A DNA stretch of 64,000 nt from an uncultured Candidatus Saccharibacteria bacterium (GTDB lineage: Bacteria; Patescibacteriota; Saccharimonadia; Saccharimonadales; Saccharimonadaceae): assembly GCA_948851665.1 (NCBI GenBank), contig CAQOWG010000003.1, positions 12,021-76,020 on the forward strand, read 5' to 3'. The notes below the pieces were generated by a model. That model had not been told where the DNA came from. It was given only the letters and a program-made list of their open reading frames with translations, and made no database searches. The first letter of the stretch is position 1. Every line of letters begins with the position of its first letter. The position numbers were made by a program, and so were the translations under genes. Below are positions 62,972 to 64,000 of this stretch, piece after piece.

Positions 62972-63188
62972 CGCAGCGCAGAGCAATACCGTAGCCACGG
63001 AAACTGTTATACTGAGCGTGGACGTAACCAGTACTCGTGTCCAGGTGGCGCCCGTTAGTAGCAGAGCCAGCAGTGCTAGACCACCAGTCGCCACTCGTCG
63101 TACGTGCGTGGAGGTAGCCGTAGGAACGGTAGTAGTAGCCAGTACGCAGGAACTGGAGAGGCCATTCATTAATACGGTTGTAATTGGG
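62972..63188 (-). repeat. Lectin-like C-terminal cassette, copy I (5'-truncated head)
   Basis: The frame reads PNYNRINEWPLQFLRTGYYYRSYGYLHARTTSGDWWSSTAGSATNGRHLDTSTGYVHAQYNSFRGYGIALRC. The upstream in-frame stop has no intervening start codon. Confidence 0.9.
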
Positions 63189-63275
63189 GCAATCCCGCTC
63201 ATGTATATAATAACTCTAGTCAAAAATCAAATTCTGCGCTATAATACTTCTAAACACGGTGGGCTATTTACAATT

Positions 63276-64000
63276 ATGAAAAAACTCATTATCAGCGGTA
63301 GCTCCAAACTTTATGAACGTGCCATCTATTGGCGAGGGTATTTCGAAGGCCGCGGTTACGAAGTCATCGACTGGCCCGCTCCAGTTTTCGAAAACAACCC
63401 CGACACCAACGAAGATGTCACTGAAGACGGCCCAGTCCCTGGTTTCTATCCTGGCCAACCACTCACTTCTAATGACCGCGCTTATGCCAAAAGTCTCCTT
63501 GGTACCTACAAACGCTTCTGGCGAAATCTCGACCGCGCCGACGTTCTCTTTGTCATGAACGAAAACCGTCATAATATCACCGGTTACGTCGGCGCCGGCA
63601 CCTATGCCGAACTCCAGCACGTCATCACCAATAATCTCAATCATCACCATCAAACCGAGATTTACCTCCTCCAAATGCCCGATAAGTCACAGGGTTGTTT
63701 TGAAGAAATCGGTTTTTGGCTTGAGCAAAATCTCATCAAGATTTATCGTCCGCCCAAGACCACTCCCACCGTCTGCGACCACGTTATTGAAGAGGAACCA
63801 GCTACCCCCACCGTAGAGAAGCCCGAACTTCCCACGCCTGTTACCTCAGTTAAATCTAGTCTCTTCTCACGCTCTAGTGAAAAATCCATCAATCTCGCCA
63901 CTTGCAAAGACCGCGCCCTTCGCCCCCTCACCCCTTCCCTACGTGAGTACCTCAAGATTTTCTCTCCTACTTTCCCTGCTTGGCTTCTCAAATATATCGC
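63276..64000 (+). CDS. Hypothetical protein, 3' end beyond the window
   Basis: Not in the ORF track because it is open-ended. From the ATG at 63276 the frame stays open to 64000 (MKKLIISGSSKLYERAIYWRGYFEGRGYEVIDWPAP...). The C/T-ending codon bias matches other plus-strand genes. The N-terminal part is vaguely nucleoside 2-deoxyribosyltransferase-like. Confidence 0.6.
   Translation, partial: MKKLIISGSSKLYERAIYWRGYFEGRGYEVIDWPAPVFENNPDTNEDVTEDGPVPGFYPGQPLTSNDRAYAKSLLGTYKRFWRNLDRADVLFVMNENRHNITGYVGAGTYAELQHVITNNLNHHHQTEIYLLQMPDKSQGCFEEIGFWLEQNLIKIYRPPKTTPTVCDHVIEEEPATPTVEKPELPTPVTSVKSSLFSRSSEKSINLATCKDRALRPLTPSLREYLKIFSPTFPAWLLKYI

Noticed and set aside
14384-63188. Declaring a complete diversity-generating retroelement
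   Set aside because: No reverse transcriptase, accessory variability determinant or adenine-rich template repeat is present in the 64 kb. Only the variable-region-like signature is visible, so it is reported as a hypothesis.

Overview
Gene-dense window (about 90% coding) from a small bacterial chromosome. From gene content and protein sequences it looks like a reduced-genome Patescibacteria or Saccharibacteria-like organism; this is inference and cannot be verified here. Most genes are housekeeping genes on the minus strand: thrS, argS, polA, dnaG, rpoD, pyrG, pyrH, pnp, ftsK, truB, mutM, miaA, and the infC-rpmI-rplT-rpmB, rpsT and rpsO ribosomal genes. There is a complete type IV pilus operon (pilM to pilA, plus pilD, 36.5-46.2 kb). 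Four tRNAs were found by hand, plus a tmRNA (1047-1400, minus) and an RNase P RNA (5857-6192, minus). The most unusual content is a dispersed family of nine ~225-bp intergenic cassettes at 14.4, 20.3, 24.4, 29.7, 30.3, 49.0, 52.6, 52.8 and 63.0 kb. All keep one open frame encoding the C-terminal half of a lectin-like (FISUMP/DUF1566-type, ...WWS...GFALRCV) domain, but none has a start codon, an RBS or the N-terminal half of the domain. They share a near-invariant head, NNY-type hypervariable codon columns, a fixed 3' edge and variable 5' truncation. Two pairs sit tail-to-tail, and two copies are 99% identical. One copy is split by a 98-bp perfectly nested four-helix palindrome. I read these as silent diversification cassettes (gene-conversion, shufflon-like or DGR-like) for a surface protein encoded outside the window. 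No reverse transcriptase and no expression locus are visible here. Other observations: an extreme strand compositional skew that flips codon choice with gene orientation, with three genes breaking the rule; widespread TGnTATAAT promoters 6-8 nt from start codons, implying leaderless mRNAs; an in-frame TAG in a NUDIX gene; a DnaG lacking all four zinc ligands; an iteron-like 15-mer array; and a candidate sRNA. CDS coordinates come from the ORF track, with starts trimmed by hand where noted. Hand-mapped RNA, repeat and terminator coordinates are good to about +/-2 nt.
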